Both the position numbers and the translations under genes were made by a program. A DNA stretch of 64,000 nt from Tubiluchus corallicola. Its lineage: Eukaryota > Animalia > Priapulida. The stretch lies in contig JAQGDQ010000559.1 of NCBI GenBank assembly GCA_030141605.1, positions 77,266 to 141,265 of the forward strand. The letters are read 5' to 3'. Each line of letters begins with the position of its first letter. The first letter of the stretch is position 1. The notes beneath the pieces are model-generated. The model was not told the origin of the DNA. It saw only the letters and a program-made list of their open reading frames with translations, and ran no database searches. This document shows, one piece after another, positions 1 to 12,700 of this stretch.

Positions 1-585
1 ATGCCCAATTGCAATTTTGTGACCATAGAGAGCCTCCTCTAAGTGGACTTAAAATATCAATTACCTTGTTTCATGCATAATTCAAAATACCCATCTATCA
101 AGGATACATGATACATATGATCGTGAAGCTTCAAAAAATTAAGAAATTTTATTTTGATGCCTATATTTCATAAATTATAAAATTAAACTTGGTTTAATTC
201 AAATTACACTTTGGTATTTCGGTTGTTTGTGTCTGGCGGCCTCAAAGCTTCACATTTGTCAGCAATGAAGATATGCCGCATTGCCGTAAAAGGCATGCTA
301 CAAATCGTACAGATTATCAAATAAACGATATTTACGCTTTATTTGAAATATTTTAGCCAAAATTTTTCAGCAATTTTTAACATCTAGGAGATAAAAGATA
401 AGCTGGATAAATACCTCGAAAAAATGCTACTGAAAGTTTGGTTACGATTTTAACCACGAAAAATTTTCTCAACGAATTTACGCGATTTACAAAAATGGCA
501 CTACCGGTCTTCCAAAAACTCGGAATTCCGTGTATCCGCGGAAAATTCTCATCCACGTTAAATGCAGTAAGAGAGTAAGCCTTAC

Positions 586-722
586 TTTATAATGTCAGTA
601 AAAGCGAATCCATCAACCCAGTTTTCAACGAACGTGGCACCTTGACGCTGGGTGACAAACTGTCCAAGGCGTAACCGATTCTGCATGCACTTTTGACGAG
701 CTTGTTGCTTCTCCATCTTAAC
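586..722 (-). CDS. tlk: TLK exon (VKMEKQQARQKCMQNRLRLGQFVTQRQGATFVENWVDGFAFTDII)
   Basis: Acceptor tatttAG, donor GTAAGG; highly conserved TLK RLRLG-F...W-DG-AF motif. Confidence 0.95.
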
Positions 723-3700
723 CTAAATAAACCAAGAAATTACCCAAAAAAGGACCAAGAAATTACCCAAATTACCTTAAATACCCCAAAGTCAAATAAA
801 TGGGTACATTAACAAGATAACCAATTGTATTTCTGAGAAAAAACTTTAAAGCCAAAAAACGAAATTGACAAAACTATATTCAACGAACGAACAATTTAGT
901 TAAAACTGTATCTACACCAGGGATTAGAATGACAAATTGCAAAAAACTCTGAAACAGGCTGGGGGTTTGGGGGCTGCGTAGGGCATTCAAGGGGAGCCAG
1001 CAAGAAATTGCAATTTTGTGACCATAGAGAGCCTAAGTGGACTTAAGATATTAAATACCTTGTTTCATGCATAATTTAAAACACCCAACTATCAAGGATA
1101 CATGATACCTAATTGTCTCAAAAACGCCTAAGTACTGGCCGCTCCTATGCAAAAGTATATAAAAACTGTCTGCAATTGACTCAAATAACTCCGCACAATT
1201 GATTTTATATTTTTACACATAGAGATATACACGTGGTTACACTGATGTACGTGATGTAAACAATGTGACGGCCTGCCACCTAGCGGCCAGCATGTGAAAT
1301 AATGTACTGGGTCCTACAGGAAGTAAAACATGCAAGGAAAAATGACGAGAATTAATTGGTGGGGGGGAGGGGAATGATGTAGGGTTATGATAGATGAGAT
1401 AATGAAGTGGATGACTATTATTATGACAATGAGAGGGCAACGGCATCCCGTAACGGGCGTTTTCCCGGACCAAACTTAAGATTTTTTCGAAATTTTGGTC
1501 AAACAGTTTGCAGAAAAAACGTTCTAGCGGCGCCTGGTGGGACTCTCGGAAGGAGATATATAGCTCTTTAGAAAGAGGAAGAACAGGGCTACACGATAAT
1601 GTGGGCTATATTTTAGGACATGTCCACTGAGAGGAGTACTGGCGAGTTAATTAGATGTTCTATTTTTGGCAATTTTCACTTAGAAAACTGCTGACACAAT
1701 GCCATTGTTGTGACGTCATCCATTGTACTCTGTCTATAATCTGATAGCTTTAATTCAGTAAAAGCTGCTGCTGATGCTGGCTTTGCATTATAAATGAGGG
1801 CTGTGTAGAATGTTTGCACAATGTTAATTATAAGTGGATTTATATGCAAAATTTTTTGTGGGGCTTTTGCTAGTTAATTACTTAATTTATTATTTATTAC
1901 ATACTTTATTATTACTACTACTGACACTAATGAACAAACCTTTTCAATGAGTAGGGATTTGTTCATTTCCACACACTTTACTAAGGTTTCTTTTGATCTG
2001 GCAACAAGTTTCTGCTGCGCTGTCAACTGCTGTCTCAACTCTTCCGCAGTCTGCAATGCAAAGTATGACTAGTGAAAAAATATGAAAAGTTTTAAGGGTG
2101 TTGGTAGTCAGAAGATGAATATTCGTGTACCGGTTGGAGTAGCTCAATGGTAGCGTGCTCCACCCAGAAGGTCGTGGGTTCAACTGCCAACCGAGCCGTA
2201 CCAAGTTGAAAACTGAACACTCGTGTACCGGTTGGAGTAGCTCAATGGTAGCGTGCTGGCCCCCCACCCAGAAGGTCGTGGGTTCAACTGCCAACCGAGC
2301 CGTACCAAGTTGAAAACTGAACACTCGTGTACCGGTTGGAGTAGCTCAATAATAGCGTGCTCGCAACCCACCCGGAAGGTCGCGAGTTCAACTACCGACC
2401 GAGTCGTACCAAGTTGAAGAATGAATACTCGTGTACCGGTTGGAGTAGCTTCATGGTAGCCTACACGTCCTCCACCCCGGAGGTCGTGAGTTCAACTCCC
2501 AACCGAGTCGAACCAAAGACTTGAAAAATGGCACATCTGGTTGCGGTTTTACCAAAGTAAGAGGCGGGTAATAATAATTGGCACCACCTTGGAAATAAGT
2601 ATCGAGTCACTTAAGGTGTTACCTATCCCCGGACTATCAGAAGTGTTCGTTTGTGATGTAATGAACAGATGGACTCGCCTGCCATTAATAAAGACTTTAA
2701 TTTATTATTTAATTAGCAGAAACGCTTTTGGAGCATTAATTAACGGCAAGTGGGGTAGGTTATGAAAAACCGCCCTGTCTTCAGCAGGCTGCATAAGATT
2801 ATGGATATCCATAAAATAAGACCAAAAATAAATAAAATAAAATTTGAAAAATCCATAAAATAAGAAATGCATAAAATAAAAATCAATTTTTTGTGATTTC
2901 TTGTACAAAATAAGGCAATCAAAACTGAATACAGGCATTGGATCGGAAACTTCAGCCTAGAGGGCATTCTACATTCGTACCAAATAGATCAATTATTTGA
3001 ACTGAAGTGATGAATTACAAGGCATTGTCTCGTAAAATTTGATTAAATTTGAAGTGATATGAAACCGATAAAATTAAAACTAAGTCCTGCGTGTTTAAAA
3101 ACACGTTTCAAGCCTCCTGTTTTTACTTTTTAATTGATTTCCGTCTGGGCATCTCGTTCAAGATATAGTCTATTTCTTATTTTACTGATATCCATAAAAT
3201 AGAATTTCAAAAATCCATAAAATAAGCTGTTCCATTTATTTTATACATATCCATAATCTTATGCACCCTGGACTCTTCAGCCTACTCTACATCATGGCGT
3301 ACTCCACACTGCAAAAATACGACTGCATTAACTCTTACCCTTGTCAGCTCTTCGATCCTTGCTTCACGTTCTTTAATTTCAGCTGTTACATTAGATTCTA
3401 GCTCTGCTAACTGCTTCAGCGATAACTCGGTCTGTAACAAAAATATCTTTCAAGATACGTTGATTAATAGCGCGGAAATTAACGTAGTATAATGTTTTTC
3501 TAAACATTTGCCTATGGTCATTTCTTTGAAAACATTTTCATTAGCATTTATTCACGCAAAGAAAATAGCTAAGTGGTCACACTTTACCCTTTAGAGCCAA
3601 AGTTATGCAAGGCTAAGGCTAGCTGCCAAATGTATGGGCGACCACAGGGTTCACTATTCATTTTGGGGGTGTTATTTGCCATACTATATCACACTGAAAA

Positions 3701-6700
3701 CACCGGTTCTCGTCTGATCAGCGAAGTTAAGCAACGTAGAGCCTGGTTAGTACTTGTATGGATGACCGCCTAGGAATACCAGGTACTGTAGGCTTGTGGA
3801 ATGCCCACACTGTCTCTCGACACTAGGCGAAGGAACTGCACAAGCAGTCAACGGCTAGAGGGCGGAAGAGGTCAAGTGACCCAACGGCCATGTGTAGAAG
3901 AGTAAACCTTCCAAATCAGGAGTGGAGCTCCGAAGGCGGACCAGTGCAGCATGCTCACTGACTACGGCAGCTTCTGCAGCCAACCTGGTGCCAAACGTAT
4001 CGCTCCACTTTCCTTTGGACTACACCAGGGAGGAAGAGAGGGGGTTCCTGTTGTCTGGGCAACTCAGGATCTCCATACACCTTGCCCAGGCGTGCGCCCT
4101 GGAGACGTTCAAGGATTGGATTGCTCAGCCACTGTCCACGCTGCAGCTCCATCAATGTGATCAATAACTAACTCTCTTGGCGCACACTCCATTGTCTTCC
4201 GAGACAGAAGGATGCCAACAACAATTTGCCATACTGCCATTGGCTGTTGGGAGGGGTTATATATATATATCTAAACACAGCCATGATGTTGATAGGTCAT
4301 TTGAAACAAGTTTATACAGCAATGGGTAAATATTTGCAGTTTAAATATTCATTTTCTGCCTTTGTTATTGAAAAACAACTTTTTACGGAACCTTTAAAAG
4401 GCCTAACCAGCCAGAAGACAAAAAAAGCAAATCTTTGTTACAAATAACAGAACATTTTCGAGTTTTCAAGCACATTTTAAATTTTAACAGCATAGAGATT
4501 GTTCGAACTCTGCACAATAAGAACAAATACTCATGTTTCAGAACGTTTAGCTAAAGATTTAGTCACAAATGTAATAAGAAATCAGGAATTGCTTCTTTAT
4601 GCTGATTATCGGAAATAATAATCAGAGCATTCGTAACACACAAGTTTTTGGTTAGTGAGTGGCGCACCCTGGAGATGAATCAACGACATTTTACCAATTA
4701 GTGAAGATTTTGAATCATTCTTTCTAGTTACATAAGTCTTTCCAGCAGGTAAGCGAAATATTAAGAAATATAATTTTGCATGGAAAGTTTTTTGGGTCAT
4801 AATTTAACATTTCCTTTTCTTAATCTCATTTCCATCAAAAAAATATTGCGGGAAATTTAAAATGAAAACAAACAAAAAATTCTTTCAACAAGCATACGAT
4901 ATATGCACAAAATTGCTATAAACTAATATAATTTTTAAGGCAATTTTTTCTATTTCTCAAAATACTGGAGAATCAAAATGAAAACAAACAAAAAATTCTT
5001 TCAACGCATACGATATACGCAAAAAATTCCTATAAACTAATATAATTTTTAATGTGATTTTTTTTCAGAAGTTTGTGGGAGAGACATCGGCCTGGTTCTT
5101 AATTTGTTGATTAGAATTAAACAAATACGTGGGAATGTATATAGTCTAATTTGTTTTTATAGAAAAAGGTGCATAACGCTTAAGTTTACGAGTTGTTAAT
5201 TAAAATGGTTTGCTGCTATTGAAATATATCATTTAGATTAATTCATGACTCTGTAAGAAAAACCGCATAACTATTTGATTAAAAGAGTGGCCACCCAAAT
5301 TATAATTTATTGCAACTTACATGATTTGGCACATTTACATTATTACTTTCTATCACAGCAGGAAAACCAATTATAGATAATTATTCACTTTCACATAGTT
5401 AATACAATAAACACAGAGTACCAATCCTAGATATATAACGCGCAAATCAGCACATAACTATAAAAAAACTGTTGAAAAGAGGAAAAAAATAACCTAACGA
5501 ATTAGGCGGATCATATGACGTTTGCTTGTAAGAATAGCAAGCGTCAAATGGTCACCTGTACAAGGGTGACGAAGGAATTTATAACTTTAGAATGAAGCCC
5601 GTATAAATAATTCAAGGTTAACCTAATTGAACGACTCTAGGTAGATTTGCAAAGGTTGTAGGAACCGGAATAAACTAGTTTGCAATACTGTAAATGAAAG
5701 GTCTAACAGCAGAGTAGAACTCAATCACGGGAATCCGTGACAAAACCTACTTCAGGTACCCCCATTTCTTGTCCCCCTTTACATACAAATGAAATAGCTA
5801 CCTGTCTTACCTGGGTGACTTTATGTATCGTTCTCGTGCTGTTCATCAACCGCATAACTTGACCGGGAGCGTTATCGAGGCTGGATCGCCGTGGCAACTG
5901 AACTGCATCGCCGCTAGGCATCTCTAACCTCGTTCCCAGCTGCTGCGGTAGGAAGTTTGGCATGGCATGCTGCGGCGACATCACAGCCTGGGACTGAATT
6001 CACAAGAAATTAATTAGCTAGTAATTTGCAGGTAGAATGAAAAGTTAAGAGAAAGTTAAAGAAAAAAAAAACAAAATAAATAAATAAATTTGATTCATAT
6101 ACAAGTTATCTTTGCGGGCACTCTTGTAGTGATGTGAGACTCAGGGGGTCGAACTTCAAGATGGCATGGCGGTGTTGATGTTGCGCATCATGAACATCCA
6201 TTTTACTATCGTTGTGTAACTGATTACTTAACTACAAATGTTAATTTTAATTACAAATGTTATGCTAATTAACTAAGTTAATGTCTGTAAACTAGTACCT
6301 TATATCTGTTATAGCATGTCATTTAACTCTCATAAAATAAATACACAAAAACTACACTGTACGGAGTTTATTAACAGCACTAATAAAAATAAGGAACAAA
6401 ATACACGTGCACAAAAAAATAACCAACTAACTCATTAACAGCACTACACCCGAGGAGCACCTGTGTCAGAAATCCAGGCTGTAGTGACCTCTACACGCTT
6501 TTATACTGGCATTCCAGGTCAGCTGGCTTCTCACACCACGTGTAGGCCCAAACAAGACGTCTGGACCTACAAGAAAGGGGTGAGACGCTGCTGTCGTGGA
6601 AGCAGGGTGTGTAGAGGGCCCTACACCTGACCCGACACAGGTGCCTCCGTAACAATACGATAATAAAACAACATGGTTTATACATTATTCTGAACAAGGT

Positions 6701-9700
6701 ATAGTTAGTCATTAGTTATCGTACAAGGTATCTCAGTCCACAGCACCGTCTTTTTGTAAGCAGTTTCCCGATTGACACCTGGATACATGTATAAACCATG
6801 AGAATATTATGGGAGTTTTTGCTTCGCTATTGATTATACTAGTATACCAAGAGATACATGTGGACAAACTTTGTGCGATGGAAAAGCTAAGAGAATGGCC
6901 TTAAATTTTTGATATTTATACATAAATTTTGAAACTTCTATATCTATAGAAAAAGCTAAGTGAATAGAATTAAAGTTTTTGATATTTATACATAAATTTT
7001 GAAACTTCTGCATCTATAGAAAGAGCTAAGTGAATGGAATAAAATTTTTGGTATTTATACATAAATTTTGAAACTTCTATATCTGTAGAAAGAGCTAAGT
7101 GAATAGAATAAGTTTTTTGGTATTTATACATAAATTTTGAAACTTCTGCACCTATAGAAAAAGCTAAGAGAATGGAATAAATTTTTTGGTATTCATACAT
7201 AAATTTTGAAACTTCTGTATCTATAGATAAAGCTAATTGAATATAAAAATTTTTTGGTATTTATACATTTATACATAAATTTTGAAACTGCTGCATCTAT
7301 AGAAAAAGCTAAGAGAATGGAATAAATTTTTTGGTATTTATACATTTATACATAAATTTTGAAACTACTGCATCTACACAAAAAGCTAAGTGAATGGAAT
7401 AAAATTTTTCGTATTTATACATAAATTTTGAAACTTCTGCATCTACACAAAAAGCTAAGTGAATGGAATAAAATTTTTCGTATTTATACATAAATTTTGA
7501 AACTTCTGTATCTACACAAAAAGCTAAGTGAATGGAATAAAATTTTTCGTATTTATACATAAATTTTGAAACTTCTGTATCTACACAAAAAGCTAAAGCG
7601 AATGGAATAAAATTTTTCGTATTTATACATAAATTTTGAAACTTCTGTATCTACACAAAAAGCTAAGCGAATGGAATAAAATTTTTCGTATTTATACATA
7701 AATTTTGAAACTTCTGTATCTACACAAAAAGCTAAGTGAATGGAATAAATTTTTCGTATTTATACATAAATTTTGAAACTTCTGTATCTACACAAAAAGC
7801 TAAGTGAATGGAATAAAATTTTTCGTATTTATACATAAATTTTGAAACTTCTGTATCTACACAAAAAGCTAAGTGAATGGAATAAAATTTTTCGTATTTA
7901 TACATAAATTTTGAAACTTCTGTATCTACACAAAAAGCTAAGTGAATGGAATAAAATTTTTCGTATTTATACATAAATTTTGAAACTTCTGTATCTACAC
8001 AAAAAGCTAAGTGAATGGAATAAAATTTTTCGTATTTATACATAAATTTTGAAACTTCTGTATCTACACAAAAAGCTAAGTGAATGGAATAAAATTTTTC
8101 GTATTTATACATAAATTTTGAAACTTCTGTATCTACACAAAAAGCTAAGTGAATGGAATAAAATTTTTCGTATTTATACATAAATTTTGAAACTTCTGTA
8201 TCTACACAAAAAGCTAAGTGAATGGAATAAAATTTTTCGTATTTATACATAAATTTTGAAACTTCTGTATCTACAGAAAAAGTTAATAAAATTTTACACA
8301 AAAAAGTCTTGTAATATCAGTGCGATAATTTTCAAGAGATTTCATTATTTTCTTCTCACAATAACGTAAACAAAACTTCGGCACATTTCTTTTGCGCCAC
8401 CTGGTATAAACAATATATATATGAAGGGCTGTAATACCTTAGGTGAATCACGTTTTGCAGTGTAACTACTCGTGCTCTGACTCATTGTTTGAACACACTT
8501 CCCAGCATTGAAATAGTCACTAATTTTCTTTGCACTTGTTGTCACTGTAAACAGAATGAAAAAAACATTTAAAGGAAGACAGGATGATTTTTCATATACA
8601 ACCACTTTTTCAAGACCGATAAAAAGTATACATTTCAACACAATTAATATTACAAAAGCATTTCTGATAATTAAATAAAACTAAAAACTTAATTAACGAT
8701 CGGCGTGCCCAACTAGACATCACAAACTAACACAATTTTCAATATCACAAATATTCTGCGAGCGCGTTGCTCGTGTTTGTGAAAGCAAAAATTGAAATAC
8801 AATGCAACTGTAAGATATTCCGTGTGTTGTACTAAAACTAGGCAAGTTTCAAGATAAAAATTCAAATTTGCTCAAGTATGAGCTCTTGAAAGTGTGCAGT
8901 TTGTCACAAACTAGCACATGTGAACTGAGAGGTGCAGCACCTGTAGTGCGGATGCGAAACTGCATTTGTGTGTTAATAATTATTTCACGTGATTAATTTT
9001 TGAAAAAAATAGCATGTTTCCTTTCAATATTTTAAAGAATAGATTGTTTTGACCTGCAGTTTAAGATTGGGTCCGGCTTTGCTTTAAATATTCACTGAGG
9101 CTAGTCTCATTATCTGAAAGTAGGCTGCATAAAGGCGCATTCGATGTACAAAAAATTTTGAATTTAACAAAAGCAAGACGTTTCCCTCCTGCTAAAAATG
9201 AGATCTTCTCAGAATAATAATAATAATGTTTATTTAAAGTCGGCTTTTGGGTCAACAATTAACATTAGCTCAAAGAGCCATTATCGCTGACTGTAAATAA
9301 CAACCTACAACTGCATAACAGAGACTATTATTACCCCACTTTTACCCTAAATACCACGCCCCAGGCAGGGCAATAGCAGGTACCATTTTTGAAGTCTTGG
9401 GTATGACCCGGCCGCTGGTTCGAACTCACGACCTCCCAGACGGAAAGCAGACGCATTACCACTAGACTAAACCGTCTGGTGAAAGATTCTGCAGTGAAAA
9501 ATGAATAACTGGCTACTAACTTGCTACAAAACGACCAAATAAAAAATGCCACGTTGAACAGCACTAAAATGCGCTGCCATAGCCGTGTGGTCACATGCAA
9601 ATTCTTTATGTGAATGACTCTTGAATGCCCGGGTTCAATACCGGGTTTGGGTTAAGTAACCGCGAGTCTGGCGCATTGCTACAATCTAATGCAGTACCTG

Positions 9701-12700
9701 GAGGGTGGTGATCAGTGGTGCCATCTGCTGTTGCTTTTCGTTTTCGAACTTTCCTATCGGGAGTCTTCATGGGTTTGTCCGGCGTCTGAAAAAGATTGTA
9801 AACAGTGACGTGGCACCTCCCTGCTTAGCGGCGAAAACAAAAAACAAACAAACAAACAAACAAATATATAGAAAAAACAAGATGAAAATGGAATAAGTTT
9901 AGTAATTTACAAAAAATTAGAAAAAGTTTGTCAGCGATTACAAAAGTTGCCAAAATTAGGCATGCTGCTTATACAGTAGTACCTCTGTTTTCGACCGTAA
10001 TTCGTTCCTAAAAAGTGTTTGAAAACCTATTTGGTTGAAAACCAACTCATTTATTTACATAAGAAATAATGTAAAAGCAAATAATCCGTTCTCAAGCACT
10101 AAATGAACTGTAAAGTATTACTAAAACGAAATATAATAATGCAAAAATGCCTATTCAAACAGTAGATATGATATAATTGATAAGAAAAGCATAATAGAAT
10201 TACGTAGAAAGAAAAACATAATTATTCCTGCATGAAAAAGCGGAGAAAAATAAGCGTAGAAAGCACTTAGCGATGTTAGGTGATTCAAATCTTGTGCGTG
10301 ACTACTCTCAGGCACGGTCGGTTACGCTCGGCTCTACTCGGCTCGCCGCGTGTGCGTTCATCACATGCTTGGCGGTTGATCGATTAGCGAAATTCTGGTC
10401 GAGAGCGGAGACAATTTCAGCTTGAATTTTCTGGTCGAAAACCGATTTGCACGAGTACGGAGATGTACAACAATGGAGGTATGACAATAATAATGATAAT
10501 AATAATAATAATAATAATAATATATCAAGTAAATACGCCTTTTTACAGTTCCAACAACTGATGATGATCGCGGAAATGGTCAAAGGTTAAGGTTAAATGT
10601 ACCATTTGCGTACACTTGACAACGCCTCGCAGCCTAAGCTATTGCAATAGTAACAGTTTTAACAGCTAGCTAGAACCTTACCTAGTTCATTTTTTTGTTC
10701 CCAAGCAATATCCTGCTAGTAAATCACTTTACACACAGACCAATGCATAATTAAGTAAAGTCAATGCAAAACACCTGAAGTTACTGAGCTGATGCAGCAG
10801 ACGGCATTGTTTTACCCACACGTCACATGATGGTTGTTGTCGAGACACGTGTTGCTGTGATACGCTTAACCTTTGACCTACAGCAACTGCGCGTGCGCAC
10901 GACGAAACCGTGAAAAGGCATATTAGCAAACCTCACACAACGATGAAACAAGTGGTTCTTAGAAGTAACTTAACCCTTTCAGTCCCAAATTATTTTTTTA
11001 ATAAGGAAAATTTTTTTGGCTTGGTACTTTTGTTCAGTATGTCCATCTTGTTTACACGTAATAATTATTTTTTTCTACCTGTGCCCGCGTGCTAAATATA
11101 GCCTGTATCACACGGGATACATAGGGATTCAATGGAAGCATAAAATGGGCTTCATTTTGCAACTGCTGATAATTTTTTAAAGTATTTAAGACATTTAGTA
11201 TGCATGCTATGCTGATCTGTACAAAGTCGTCTCTAAAGTACTGTACCTTGAGCAGTTTCTTATGCTATGTAGATTTTCTAGTTTGCCATTTTATCACCGT
11301 TTTTAGTCCATTGTTATTGGATTGAATCAAAATAACTATTAACATATCAAATAACTGTCAATTTTATTAATTTTAAAGGCAGAAAATATTCTCGTATCCC
11401 ACGGGATACAACGGGTATGAAAGACTTAACATGGAACCAACACATACATAACAAAGCTTGAATCAAAAATTTAAATGAAGATTGTTATAAAACTATTATA
11501 CCACAATAGCCGTCGTGTCTGGCAGAGGCAGAGTCGCAGGAACAACCTGTTGGCCCTCTAAACCATCTCTCGACTGTGAATTTCCGGAGGAAACCGTGCT
11601 GCTGGCATTACTCATGTTAGACGTGTCCTGGTGATTACCAAACTGAAACGTAATTAACATGATTTTTTCACAGTGAAACTTGAGAGAAAGAAAGAAATTT
11701 CAAAGAATGTTTCAAAAAGTTAGCTATGTGTAAATGAAAAAAATTCTTAATAATAATAATGATGATGATGATAATAATAATAGTAATAATAATAATAACA
11801 ATAACGATAACGATGATGATAATAATAATAATAATAATAATAACAATAATAAACCTTTTAAACAGACAATCACCATAAGCCCAAAGATCATTTTGGCAAC
11901 CCTAAAATAGTAAATTTAAACTACATAGTAGGTTAGACCACCTTTACTCTAAAAACCACATGCCAGACAAGACAATAGCATGTAGCAGATTTAAAGGACA
12001 AGAAAATGGCCAACCAAAGTAAGCCTCAGAAAAATCGCAATAAAAATCTACATCACCTAAGTATAATCTAAAGTACTCATGTTTTCGCATTTACTCCAAT
12101 TTTTGTAAAATATTTCAACCGCTGCAGTAAACGTTGGCGCAGACATATTTCATTTAGACCGCCATTTGAAAAGCCAGCATGTGACTGATCACGTGGCATG
12201 ACATCACTCGAACACAGTCGCAGTGAGTTTTGAGCACGTGTACTATAAAGATTTGTGTTGTGGTTCTGTGACGCCATCTAATATGGCGCTGCCGTGACAG
12301 TCTCGCGGGAGCATTTAAAATGAAAACAAACAGGAAATTCTTTTTACGTGAGTATGATAAATGCGCAAGATTGCATCTAACCGTTATAATTGTGAAAATT
12401 TTCTGAGACTTGCTTTAAGAAGGCCTTTTCTTATCCTTTAAGTCGTGACCCGACTGCGAGCTAAGAGACGGAAAGCAGAAATGTTACCAAGTGTTCAACT
12501 GTACAATCTGATCAAAATTTAGAATGTAACTTAACTTAAAATGTTTATGCCAGTTGGTAAACCATCACGTTTTCCCAGTGCGCACCAAAAATGTGTCATC
12601 AGTTCACCAACAGTATGTTAGTAATCCGACTGACAAGGTAAAGTAATTTAAACTTTTGCTTCATTATCGAAGCTTGAAACGAATGCTCTGGTTATTTTTT

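Noticed and set aside
3678-3795. Functional 5S rRNA gene
   Set aside because: 5' end replaced, several stem substitutions, no oligo-T terminator, and embedded in a TSD-flanked retroposon.
6890-8301. Long repetitive ORFs (e.g. 7732-8301) and CRISPR-like appearance
   Set aside because: Head-to-tail 69-bp satellite with no unique spacers, in a eukaryotic intron; the frame is open only because the unit is a multiple of 3.
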